NCBI GenBank assembly: GCA_001029795.1
Contig: CP011216.1
Span: 211,398 to 275,397, forward strand
Origin: a candidate division Kazan bacterium GW2011_GWA1_50_15
GTDB taxonomy: Bacteria > Patescibacteriota > Kazan-3B-28
Length of the DNA: 64,000 nt
Direction: 5' to 3'
Shown: piece after piece, positions 32,414-41,361 of the stretch
Numbering within the stretch: position 1 is the stretch's first letter
How the letters are laid out: each line of letters starts with the position of its first letter
Made by a program: the position numbers and the translations under genes
The notes under the pieces: generated by a model
The model's database searches: none
Told to the model about the DNA's origin: nothing
What the model saw: the letters and a program-made list of their open reading frames with translations, nothing else

Positions 32414-32430
32414 CATCAGGATAGGTGCAA

Positions 32431-34302
32431 CTAGTCGAAGATGCCTTTAACCCCGCGTTCGCGGGCTTTTTCGAGCAGCTCTTCGCGCCGCGACCGAGGC
32501 GCAGGAAGGCTCTCGGGTTCAGCCGCAGGCATCGGTGCTTCGGATTGGTAACGATCCTCTCTGATCGGCGGGGGTAAGGTCTCTGGTTCATCATCCTCGA
32601 TCAAACTATCAGCCGATGTACTGACTTCATCCTCGACAACAGTTACGAGCGGCATCGGGGTTTCTGTGGTTTCGTTTGTCTCGTTATCCCGGGTGTCCCA
32701 TCGGCTAACGCCAGTTTCTCGGCATTGGGCCAAAATGGCGGAGCAGGCTCGTAATTCCCTAACGATACGTTTGCGAATGGCATATCTTTTTAATTTATCG
32801 AAGGCTTCGGCCTCGATCTGCCGAATGCGCTCGCGAGTAACATTTAATATTTCACCTACCTCCTGTAAGGTTTTCTCGTCCTTCCCGCCAATGCCGTAGC
32901 GCTCGATTACCACCACCCTCTGGCGCTCATTTAGACCAGCGGATCTGATCCACTGCATGACCTGCTCCCTGGCGGCATGGTAAGTAGCCACTTCTTCTGG
33001 TGAGGGGCTACTGTTATCGGGTAGCCACTCCCCTAAGGCGGTGGCCTCCTCCGTCCATCCACCCCGGGTGCTTGAACTAATCGGGGCGTCGAGTGAAACT
33101 GGCATCTGGATGTGCTCGAGCAGATCATCTAGCTTTTCTTCGGTCATCCCCAATTGTTTAGCGATTTCATCCTTGCTTAGGGGCTGGCCGTCATCATCAA
33201 CAAGTTTTCTGATACGATGCATCGTTTCGTGCACATGCACTGGCTTGCGGGATAGATCCTTTTCATTCATCAGCCCTCGTCCAATGGCTTGACGGATCCA
33301 CCAGGTGGCATAGGTGGAGAACTTGTAACCCTTCTCGGGATCGAATTTCTCTACTGCTCGGATAAGCCCGAACTGACCAAAAGAAATGAGGTCGGCAAGG
33401 GGCATGCCCCTGTTAATGAACTTTCTAGCGTAATGGACGACCAGACGGAGGTTGGCTTCGATAAAGTGGTTCTTCGCCTCTTGGTCGCCATTTTGGACCC
33501 GGCGAGCCAATACCACCTCTTCGTCTTTAGTTAACAAGGGAACCTTAGCGATTTGATGAAGATAGGCCAAATATTCGTTCTGGAGGGCGAGTTGTTCTTG
33601 GGCTTTACGTTCGGGGTCGCTTATCTTTTCTTCTCCGAAATCGACTATCTCTGCTTCTTTTGCTTCGGCTTTTTCGATGGGAATAACTTGGGTCGTTTCA
33701 CGAGCAGAAGCTTTAGCGGGCCGGAGGATTGGTTCGGCAACCACCGTGGGCACGATCTCCTTTGGGGTATCGTGATAGGCTGCTTCCACGGACTGATAAG
33801 CCCCTAAAAGCTCTAACAGCTCGGGAGAAAAGAATTCACCGTCCTTGTAGGTGCGTTGCCACTCGGGGTGGGCTTCAAGATGTGGCTTGATAATATGCGC
33901 CGCCATTTCACTATCCGTAGCAAGCCAACGAGACAACTCATCCATGTCCCGCCAATCCATCGGGGCAGACCGGGTGACCGCGTCCAATTCTCCCTTAAGA
34001 TGTTCAACGATCATTATTGAAACCTCGGTGTTACAACCCTTACCGTTGCCTCTAAACGCCTCGGGGTGGGCGGTATGATATTTATTTAAAAGCATGGTTA
34101 ACTCTAGCTCGACGCGGTCGAAAAGTTCTGGCAGATCATCCAAAGGCACCCACCGGGTTTCGGCACACGCTTGTTCTTGTCGGGCGATCCGTTCGACCGC
34201 GACCCCGTTTAAAAATTCATCCCAATCCTCGGCCGGGGTCAGTCGGCGGGGCGAGTCTTTAGCCACTGGGATTTGGGTTTTGGTTAATTCAAATTTCCGC
34301 AT
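32431..34302 (-). CDS. rpoD: RNA polymerase sigma-70 factor RpoD with an unusual ~110 aa acidic/Pro-rich C-terminal extension
   Basis: Region 2 (IEANLRLVVHYARKF...YATWWIRQAI), region 3, and region 4.2 (TLQEVGEILNVTRERIRQIE). The ORF continues ~110 aa beyond region 4.2. Confidence 0.9.
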   Translation of the reverse strand: MRKFELTKTQIPVAKDSPRRLTPAEDWDEFLNGVAVERIARQEQACAETRWVPLDDLPELFDRVELELTMLLNKYHTAHPEAFRGNGKGCNTEVSIMIVEHLKGELDAVTRSAPMDWRDMDELSRWLATDSEMAAHIIKPHLEAHPEWQRTYKDGEFFSPELLELLGAYQSVEAAYHDTPKEIVPTVVAEPILRPAKASARETTQVIPIEKAEAKEAEIVDFGEEKISDPERKAQEQLALQNEYLAYLHQIAKVPLLTKDEEVVLARRVQNGDQEAKNHFIEANLRLVVHYARKFINRGMPLADLISFGQFGLIRAVEKFDPEKGYKFSTYATWWIRQAIGRGLMNEKDLSRKPVHVHETMHRIRKLVDDDGQPLSKDEIAKQLGMTEEKLDDLLEHIQMPVSLDAPISSSTRGGWTEEATALGEWLPDNSSPSPEEVATYHAAREQVMQWIRSAGLNERQRVVVIERYGIGGKDEKTLQEVGEILNVTRERIRQIEAEAFDKLKRYAIRKRIVRELRACSAILAQCRETGVSRWDTRDNETNETTETPMPLVTVVEDEVSTSADSLIEDDEPETLPPPIREDRYQSEAPMPAAEPESLPAPRSRREELLEKARERGVKGIFD

Positions 34303-34393
34303 ACATGTTAGTCTTGTTCATCATACAAAATAATGGCCGCTACGGGTGAAGCGCCCGCAACGGCCATAAGTGGACGGTGTCGCGTGAGACTGA

Positions 34394-34939
34394 TCAGTCA
34401 TCACCGTCGGCGATGTGGGAGAGTTTGGCCTTGAGAGCTTCATACTTCTCTTGGTATGGAAGAAGTGCCGCGATGACCGCCTCATAGTTCTCAAAAGCTA
34501 GCGCGGTTAGCTTCCCGATGGTTTTGACCTCATTGACGGCATCCCTGGCCTCCTGAAGCTTGGCTGGGGTATCGGTCTCTTGCCCCCTCTTGGTTGCGCG
34601 AGGAGGGGTAGGTGTAGACGAACTAAGCCCTAACTGCTTCCTGAGCGGGTAAACTATGGTCCCAACGCTGTTGGGAGTGGTGTTGAAACCCTTTTCGTTA
34701 GCCAACTCGGCCAATCTGTCGACGATCTCTTTGACCTCTCCTTTGCCGGTTATGTCCCGCCTCTCCCTATCGCGGGCAACCGCCTTCGCCGCCCTTTCGT
34801 AGTTGGCTTCGACAAACGCCCTAAGTGTCATCTGGTCACCTCTTGAAGCCATAGTCTGATCCTCCTGAGGTATTGAAGTAAAGAGCATTCGCCATAAGAC
34901 GAACAGGACAGCATACCATATACCTGAAGTTACAAACAA
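34394..34939 (-). CDS. Hypothetical protein (181 aa)
   Basis: ORF with an N-terminal hydrophobic segment. No motif recognised. Confidence 0.4.
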   Translation of the reverse strand: MFVTSGIWYAVLFVLWRMLFTSIPQEDQTMASRGDQMTLRAFVEANYERAAKAVARDRERRDITGKGEVKEIVDRLAELANEKGFNTTPNSVGTIVYPLRKQLGLSSSTPTPPRATKRGQETDTPAKLQEARDAVNEVKTIGKLTALAFENYEAVIAALLPYQEKYEALKAKLSHIADGDD

Positions 34940-34978
34940 GAAAAAGCGGTCGCCGTAGCGACCGCTTTGGGTACAAAA

Positions 34979-36448
34979 TCAGACTATTTCTCGCTTATTG
35001 TTAGGTACCGGCATGGGGTACTTACCGGTGAAGCAAGCCGTGCAAAACCCTTGATCTCCCAGAACCCTCATGCTGCCTTCCAGCGAGAGGTAGTGGAGAA
35101 CATCTAGCCCAGGAACGGCTTCCAAGATTTCTGCTTCGGTTCGCCCATGAGCGATTAGAAGTTTGCTCTCGGGAGTATTTAGTCCAAAAAAGCATGGAAA
35201 CCGGTACGGTGGAGCGGTGACCGCGTAGTAGACCGCCCTGGCCCCACGGTTTCTTAGCTCTGGGCAGACCCATCTAGCTTGGTCCGCTCTGACGATCGAG
35301 TCATCCACCAGAAGAATGGCCTTACCGTGGACCGGCTCGGGGATGATGTCTAGGTTCGCCCGAATTCGGTCAGCTCGATCGCTTAACTTCGACATGAACG
35401 CTCGGCCGAGGCCGTGACGATTCTTATACACCACATTGCGTCCCCGCGTATTAGCCTCTTTCCTGATGCCCTCAATAAAGCCCTGGGCTGCCGGACCGCC
35501 AGAGAATGGCATAGCCGCGACAATGTCTGGAATTGGCTTTCCCGATGCGAACCATTCGCGAGCCGTCTCCTCTCCCAAGCGATAGCGCAGTTCGTCAAAC
35601 GATACTCCCTTGTATTTACTGTTGGGTTGGGAAAAGTAGTAGATCTCCATAAGACAAAAGCTGGGTTGAGCCGGTGCGAATCTTTGAATACTGACATCTT
35701 CTTCCCCGTTATCAGAGATAACGATAAGCGTACCCGGTTCAACTTCATGGACTTCGTCAAATTCTGATGCCATCACTGACGATTCAGAACAGATCATTGC
35801 CCCGTCCTCGTTCCTAGCCCAAAACATTGGACGGAAACCCCAAGGGTCGCGCATACCGACCAGTTTGCCGCTGGGGGTCATCCCCACTAGCGAGAATGCT
35901 CCCTCCAGCGTACTGCCGACTTGGGCGAAAGCGGCAATCTCATCCATGCCTTTCTCAAAGATCTCAACACCGATCAGATTAACGATAAGTTCAGCATCGC
36001 ACTTAGACGCGAATCGGCATCCATACTGGCGAACAATTCGGCGGCGCAATTTTGTATAGAGCGGGATATCGCCGTTCGAAGCGATGACCACACTCCGGCC
36101 TCCATGCTTGAACCCGTGCGGCTGAGCCGCTTCATTACTACTCTCACCCGCGGTGGTATAGCGAACATGCACTATGCCGAGATTACCCTTATACCGTTTA
36201 ATCAGGGTATCGGCCTTGGCCTCACTATCCTTACCGAATAGGGCGCTGGCCGATCCTATCTTCTTCCAGGGCACATACGGCTGTTCAAGATAGCTAAACC
36301 CAACAACGAAGCCCGTCGCCTGCTGACCCCGATTTTGCAACTGGATAGCATCGGATAGGAGGGAGGCGGTTACGTGTCGTTTACCAATGGGCATGCGCCG
36401 TTTACTGGGTTTGCAGCGATAATAGATCCTGCCACTAACTCCGCACAT
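34979..36448 (-). CDS. purF: Amidophosphoribosyltransferase (class II glutamine amidotransferase + PRTase)
   Basis: N-terminal MCG (Cys1 nucleophile). By eye it aligns to E. coli PurF over several blocks (CLMEIYYF...REW; LLVDDSIVRA; YRFPCFFGLNTP...LIAHGR). 489 aa. Confidence 0.75.
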   Translation of the reverse strand: MCGVSGRIYYRCKPSKRRMPIGKRHVTASLLSDAIQLQNRGQQATGFVVGFSYLEQPYVPWKKIGSASALFGKDSEAKADTLIKRYKGNLGIVHVRYTTAGESSNEAAQPHGFKHGGRSVVIASNGDIPLYTKLRRRIVRQYGCRFASKCDAELIVNLIGVEIFEKGMDEIAAFAQVGSTLEGAFSLVGMTPSGKLVGMRDPWGFRPMFWARNEDGAMICSESSVMASEFDEVHEVEPGTLIVISDNGEEDVSIQRFAPAQPSFCLMEIYYFSQPNSKYKGVSFDELRYRLGEETAREWFASGKPIPDIVAAMPFSGGPAAQGFIEGIRKEANTRGRNVVYKNRHGLGRAFMSKLSDRADRIRANLDIIPEPVHGKAILLVDDSIVRADQARWVCPELRNRGARAVYYAVTAPPYRFPCFFGLNTPESKLLIAHGRTEAEILEAVPGLDVLHYLSLEGSMRVLGDQGFCTACFTGKYPMPVPNNKREIV

Positions 36449-36542
36449 CTAGCATCAACCTCCTTAGATTTTTAAGTTGCAAATCCGTCAAATGGCGGAG
36501 GGGTACACCCCCGCTCACAAATCATTGTACACGACAGCACCC

Positions 36543-36573
36543 AAAACGCCTCAGAGAGAATCTGAGGCGTTTT
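36543..36573. terminator. Bidirectional rho-independent terminator (13 bp perfect stem) downstream of ORF 36594..36788
   Basis: AAAACGCCTCAGAgagaaTCTGAGGCGTTTT. Confidence 0.65.
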
Positions 36574-36593
36574 GATTACCGAAACTACAGGCC

Positions 36594-36788
36594 TTATTTG
36601 GCGAGAATGGGAAGTCCGGTCCGAGAACTCTCCTTGACCCGATAACCCTCTGGCAAAGCATCGATAGCGCCAGGCTTGATCTCCTTGGCAAAGTAGTAGA
36701 TCCGCTGCTTCCGCCCACCCTTCAGGGTGACTTCTTTGGAGTGCAAGTAGTAAGTCTTACCCTTGCTGTTCGTATGACTATAGGCCAT
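36594..36788 (-). CDS. Small basic hypothetical protein (64 aa)
   Basis: ORF with its own terminator. Pattern KTYYLHSK...LKGG...IYYF. Confidence 0.4.
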   Translation of the reverse strand: MAYSHTNSKGKTYYLHSKEVTLKGGRKQRIYYFAKEIKPGAIDALPEGYRVKESSRTGLPILAK

Positions 36789-36891
36789 GTGTCTCCTAAC
36801 TTTTAGTAATATGACTACTCCTATATTCTACTAAGGCCCTTCTCCTATGTCTAGGTGTAAACCACCTATGGCAGTTTTTTGGCGCTGGAGG

Positions 36892-37404
36892 CTAGCTTAA
36901 GGTGACGTCCCCCGGCTGCCAATCGGCTGGGCAGGAGCGGTTCGTTTGTAGAGCGCGGAGCACGCGGATCAGCTCACCAGTACCTCGTCCGACCTGGCCA
37001 GACAAGATATTAACCCAGCGGATAGTCGTATCCGGGTCAATTACAAAGGTAGCTCGCATCGCAGTCCCAGACTCTTCATTCAACACTCCGTACTGGTGGG
37101 CGACGCGTTTATTAAAGTCGGCGAGCAGCGGAAAGGGTAGTTCGCCTAGTTCTTTGGCCCACGCCCGATGTGAGTTAATGCTGTCAGTGCTGACCGCCAA
37201 TAGTTCAGCGCCGGTCTTGCGCAGGTCCTCCCATTGCTTGGCCAATGCCGTTATCTCGGTCGGACAAAGCGTAGAAAAATCGGCAGCATAGAAAAACAAA
37301 ACTACCCATTTGTTTTTGTAGTTTTGTAGTTTAAACGTTTTAATATCGTCAGCCAGATAACCGCTAAGGGAAAAATCTGGGGCCTTGTCTCCGATTGTGA
37401 TCAT
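36892..37404 (-). CDS. Peroxiredoxin (AhpC/TSA thiol peroxidase family)
   Basis: Peroxidatic Cys motif FSTLCPTEI (compare consensus FTFVCPTE). 170 aa. Confidence 0.8.
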   Translation of the reverse strand: MITIGDKAPDFSLSGYLADDIKTFKLQNYKNKWVVLFFYAADFSTLCPTEITALAKQWEDLRKTGAELLAVSTDSINSHRAWAKELGELPFPLLADFNKRVAHQYGVLNEESGTAMRATFVIDPDTTIRWVNILSGQVGRGTGELIRVLRALQTNRSCPADWQPGDVTLS

Positions 37405-37530
37405 ATTGACCTCTACAACTTAATTTCTATTGCCTGGCCCGTAGAGCAATCTTGGGAGTGACTCCCTTTCATCGGCATAGCCGATCCAAAATTCTTCTAC
37501 GGGGTACGTTCCATTATAGCAGTTCAGACA

Positions 37531-37557
37531 AAAAACAGCCCCGACCGTGTCGGGGCT
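37531..37557 (-). terminator. Rho-independent terminator
   Basis: aaaaacAGCCCCGACcgtGTCGGGGCT. Confidence 0.5.
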
Positions 37558-37580
37558 TAAAAAGTGCTTCATAGGAGCGG

Positions 37581-37766
37581 TTAGCCACCGCGGGGCGAGC
37601 GATAGTCGCCCGGGTTGTGCGGCCCACGGCGTGAGGCGCTGCGATTGACCCGTTCTAGCGCTTTATTCGGGGGTTGTTCGTTACCGTTGCCGTTAATCTT
37701 GCCGACATCATGCAACCCTTTGCCGCGATGGTTTTTACTGCTTTTACCGTTGCCCTTTTTACCCAA
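37581..37766 (-). CDS. Small very basic Gly/Lys-rich hypothetical protein (61 aa)
   Basis: ORF followed by a terminator. Low-complexity sequence, so a weak call. Confidence 0.25.
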   Translation of the reverse strand: MGKKGNGKSSKNHRGKGLHDVGKINGNGNEQPPNKALERVNRSASRRGPHNPGDYRSPRGG

Positions 37767-37853
37767 AGGAGCAACCTCCTATGAAAATGAATTTCAGCCC
37801 CCACGGACTGATGGCTATATACTAGCACACTCCAATAATTTTGCCGGTGGTGA

Positions 37854-38231
37854 CTATTTTCTGACCCGCTTCAAACTCAAGCCCAAAAACAGAGCAGCGG
37901 TAAATAGTAACGCGCCGTATAAACAGGTTGCCGTCCAAGGCGTAGCATTAGGACAGTTGAGAGGACAAACTCGATTTTGGTAGTAGCTCCAAGTAAAGAG
38001 AATCCAGTTAGCCCAAGCAAATAGTGCCCCGGCGGCGAGCCACCAGTTCAGATAGCTACCCAGTCGCTTTTGCATGACACCGGCAGCGACCAGTAGAGCG
38101 ATCAAAAAAGCTAAACCACCATAGATACAAGTGGTTGTGAATGGGTTAATACCTAGACCGACCTCGCGACCAACATTAAAAGCCGCAAAGATAACCCCAA
38201 CCCCCAACACTCCGATCAGATAGTTGCGCAT
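37854..38231 (-). CDS. Hypothetical membrane protein (125 aa, four predicted helices)
   Basis: Hydrophobicity pattern only. Confidence 0.45.
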   Translation of the reverse strand: MRNYLIGVLGVGVIFAAFNVGREVGLGINPFTTTCIYGGLAFLIALLVAAGVMQKRLGSYLNWWLAAGALFAWANWILFTWSYYQNRVCPLNCPNATPWTATCLYGALLFTAALFLGLSLKRVRK

Positions 38232-38402
38232 GGGTTTATCTTAGACGAGCAGCCCTTCGTTTGCCAAGTAGTTTAATCGTTAGCCTTTCGGCTCCCGGAC
38301 ATGGACCCGCCCCGTACCGGCATACCGCTGAAATTATGGCAGTAATTTCCGGTTTGTCTGGTATCGGGGTTCGAACCCAAGGGCTCCCGATAGGTTTTGC
38401 GT

Positions 38403-38476
38403 TGGCTGGGGCGGTAGGATTCGAACCTACGATCATGGAGCCAGAATCCATTGCCTTGCCGCTTGGCTACGCCCCA
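38403..38476 (-). tRNA. tRNA-Gln (anticodon CTG), CCA encoded
   Basis: Manual fold of the reverse complement: U1-A72 acceptor TGGGGCG/CGCCCCA, T8A9, anticodon stem ATGGA/TCCAT with loop TTCTGGC, T-arm GTAGG-TTCGAAT-CCTAC, discriminator G. Resembles E. coli tRNA-Gln. Confidence 0.8.
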
Positions 38477-38578
38477 AAAACACTAGTCGCAACTGGATTA
38501 TAGGTAATGGCTATGGGACTGTCTAGTAATTCGCTCTGGTATAAAAAATCCTCCGGGTGGGTCCCGGAGGAATAACGC

Positions 38579-39568
38579 TTAATTCTGGGTTGGAAGGAAC
38601 ACTTCGGCCAGCATACAGCGGACACTGCCCCCGCCGTATTTCTCGATGGTGGGGATGCGGAGCGGCAGAAGCCGACCATGCTTAGCCAAACGATCCTCTT
38701 GTTCGTACGTGAATGTTTGGTAAGCGGCATGCGACAAGGCGATGAATGGATGGTCTTTGGTGCTCCGAAGTTCGAGAAGGTTGGCTCCGAATTGAGCCAT
38801 CTGTTTGAGGGAAATAAGGATAACCTCCCGCCCGGAGCTGTAGAGAGAATCTAGAACCGTTTCACGTTCGTCGGCGCTAATGAAAGCTTCCGCGCACACC
38901 ACGGCGAATGAGGAGCCGAGCGACATCACCACATTGGTGTGGTAGATGGGTTGACCTTTTTCGTCCACCGCCTCGAAAATAATACTGGCGCATCCCATCC
39001 GCCTGGTGAAATCGAGGAGTACTTCCGGATTGGTCCGGCCCGAGCGGCAAGCGTAGGCGATCCGCCTCACGCGATCCAACACCAGGCTACCTGTCCCCTC
39101 GAGAAACTTTTTGTGACCCTCCCATCCGGTCAGATCAACTCGCTGGGTAATCGCGCGACCGCTCTCGGTCAGAACGGCAGTAACACTCTCGAACAGTTTA
39201 CGCTCGGCGCGGCGATTAGGCGCCATCATGGGGTACAACACCACCACCCCCTCTTCGGTGTCCATGGTGTTGTCGTAGGTGTGATGGAAGGAAATCCAGT
39301 TATTGGGGAAGATCGAGTCGGGAGTCCAGGGTTCACGAGTATCCTCCACTACAGAGACCTTGATGTCGGCTGCACGGAGTTCTCTCACTACGCTTTCGAA
39401 CTCGTTTCTCGCGTTCACCTGGATGTCCCGGCTAGCCGTCACCTCATCCCGTGATTGGAACGCGTTGGTGGCCAAAGTGTCTGGGTTTGAACCAAAGGCA
39501 ACTGGCGCGATCATCAGCACATGGTTGGTGGTCTGCTGATCACGATGCGACATGAAAATGTTACGCAA
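38579..39568 (-). CDS. Amidinotransferase-superfamily enzyme (DDAH / arginine deiminase / citrulline-hydrolase-like) with a C-terminal catalytic Cys
   Basis: C-terminal GGGSVRCM nucleophile motif typical of this fold. 329 aa. Adjacent to ornithine aminotransferase. Confidence 0.55.
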   Translation of the reverse strand: MRNIFMSHRDQQTTNHVLMIAPVAFGSNPDTLATNAFQSRDEVTASRDIQVNARNEFESVVRELRAADIKVSVVEDTREPWTPDSIFPNNWISFHHTYDNTMDTEEGVVVLYPMMAPNRRAERKLFESVTAVLTESGRAITQRVDLTGWEGHKKFLEGTGSLVLDRVRRIAYACRSGRTNPEVLLDFTRRMGCASIIFEAVDEKGQPIYHTNVVMSLGSSFAVVCAEAFISADERETVLDSLYSSGREVILISLKQMAQFGANLLELRSTKDHPFIALSHAAYQTFTYEQEDRLAKHGRLLPLRIPTIEKYGGGSVRCMLAEVFLPTQN

Positions 39569-39575
39569 CGTTACA

Positions 39576-40799
39576 TTACCTCCTTAGGGGATGTCTTAGA
39601 ACTTGTTCAATGCGCTCCATTGCCCAGTCGAGCTCGTTCTGCTCGATGATTAATGGAGGAGCGAAGCGGATGACGTCATCGTGGGTCTCTTTACACAGAA
39701 GACCCTCGGTCATTAGCGCCTCGCAGTAGCGCCTGGCGCCGCCAGCCTCCGGAAAAAGCTCCACACCGATAAACAGTCCCTTCCCTCGGACTTCTTTTAT
39801 CAGCGGGTTCTTGATAGTCCGCAAGTCTTTTATGAGCAGGTTTCCAAGCCGATCTGACCGCCATGGCAACTCTTCCTCGACCGTGACCCGCAATGCCTCT
39901 CTGGCCACGGCGCACGCCAGCGGATTGCCGCCGAACGTTGAGCCGTGATCGCCCGGACGAAACACCCCGAGTATCTTGCGCGAAGCCAGCACAGCTGAGA
40001 TCGGCATCAGGCCGCCCCCCAGCGCCTTGCCGACGATCAACACGTCGGGCTTGATCCCTTCGTGCTGATAACAGAACATTTTACCGGTGCGGCCAAAACC
40101 GGTCTGGATCTCGTCTACCATTAGTAAAATGTTGTGCTGACGACAAAGCTTCCTGACTTGTTTCAGATACCCTTTTGGCGGGACCCTGACACCAGCCTCG
40201 CCCTGGATAGGCTCGACCAGAAACGCCACTGTGTTGTCAGTGATGGTTCGCTCGAAATCCTTGATGTCGCCATAGTGGATAGTTTTGAAGCCTGGCGTAA
40301 AGGGACCAAAGCCGTCCCGATACTGCGCTTCGGAAGAGAATCCAACGATGGTAGTAGTACGCCCGTGAAAGTTACCCTCACAAACGATGATCTCGGCCTG
40401 CTCGGCCGGGACGTTTTTGTGAGTATAGCCCCACTTGCGGGCAGTTTTGATGGCCGTCTCCACCGCCTCGGCGCCAGTGTTCATCGGCAGGGCCATCTGC
40501 ATTCCGGCGAGCTCACAGAGCTCCTGCAGAAATGGACCCAGTTGGTCGTTGTGGAAAGCCCGTGAGGTCAGAGTGACCATGCCGGCTTGCTGACGCAACG
40601 CTTTGACCAACCGAGGATGGCAGTGCCCTTGGTTAACGGCCGAATAGGCACTAAGCATATCGAGATAGCGTTTGCCGTCCGTATCCCACACCCAGATACC
40701 TTTAGCCCTAGATATCACCACTGGTAAGGGGTGATAGTTGTGGGCACCGTAATGCTCGGTCAGTTCAATGAGTGTTGCTCCATTAAGCAAATTTAACAC
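39576..40799 (-). CDS. rocD: Ornithine aminotransferase (class III PLP aminotransferase)
   Basis: [13 protein letters not shown] motif diagnostic of OAT. PLP-lysine region. 407 aa. Confidence 0.8.
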   Translation of the reverse strand: MLNLLNGATLIELTEHYGAHNYHPLPVVISRAKGIWVWDTDGKRYLDMLSAYSAVNQGHCHPRLVKALRQQAGMVTLTSRAFHNDQLGPFLQELCELAGMQMALPMNTGAEAVETAIKTARKWGYTHKNVPAEQAEIIVCEGNFHGRTTTIVGFSSEAQYRDGFGPFTPGFKTIHYGDIKDFERTITDNTVAFLVEPIQGEAGVRVPPKGYLKQVRKLCRQHNILLMVDEIQTGFGRTGKMFCYQHEGIKPDVLIVGKALGGGLMPISAVLASRKILGVFRPGDHGSTFGGNPLACAVAREALRVTVEEELPWRSDRLGNLLIKDLRTIKNPLIKEVRGKGLFIGVELFPEAGGARRYCEALMTEGLLCKETHDDVIRFAPPLIIEQNELDWAMERIEQVLRHPLRR

Positions 40800-40899
40800 C
40801 TCCCTTAAAGTGACTAGTTGGTAAGCAACAAAAGCAAGCCCAGACTACTCAGAAATTGGCTTTCAGTCAATAAAACCAGATGTAGGGGGTCGGACCGGA

Positions 40900-41214
40900 C
40901 TAGTAGAAATAAACCAGGATACCAGCTAAGACGATTAACCAGATAAGAGTCCATCCAATTAGCCAGAGGGCTTTGGGCCAGTGTTTGTTGAGCGCTAGAT
41001 AGATAGGATGCCCTAACACGGCACCAACAGACAGAACGGCCGTAACGATAAAAGTAATTGGGATAATAAGAAAGGCCGGCAGGGTTGGTTCGGGTGTTTC
41101 GGCGATCAACTGATTCATATTGGTCATCAATGTGGTCCAACCCCACAAGACTAAACTAGCCCCGACAGCCTGCAGGAGACCGAGAGCCCAAAGAGCAGTG
41201 ACGGATTTTTTCAT
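40900..41214 (-). CDS. Hypothetical small membrane protein (104 aa)
   Basis: Three hydrophobic helices. The overlapping ORF 40814..41146 in another frame is judged spurious. Confidence 0.4.
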   Translation of the reverse strand: MKKSVTALWALGLLQAVGASLVLWGWTTLMTNMNQLIAETPEPTLPAFLIIPITFIVTAVLSVGAVLGHPIYLALNKHWPKALWLIGWTLIWLIVLAGILVYFY

Positions 41215-41267
41215 ACGACAGATATGTAATAATATGCCGTCCTCGAGCCGTCCTGCGTTCAGCAGAA

Positions 41268-41352
41268 CGACATCGGGGATCCAGAAAGGAAAATTAAAAT
41301 CTTTTTCTGGCTGGATCCCCGGGCCCTACCGGAGGTAGTCCCGAGGATGACG
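41268..41352. repeat. Diverged copy of the GC-rich palindromic repeat element (GGGGATCCAGAAAGG ... CTGGATCCCCGGG ... GAGGATGACGAAGGG)
   Basis: Shares GGATCC/CCCGGG cores and the GGATGACGAAG terminus with 22138..22190 and 29134..29224. Confidence 0.45.
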
Positions 41353-41361
41353 AAGGGAAAA

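Noticed and set aside
32319-32594. 91-aa minus-strand ORF overlapping the rpoD 3' end
   Set aside because: It lies in an alternative frame within the rpoD C-terminal extension. Its Arg/Pro-rich translation is typical of an out-of-frame GC-rich read.
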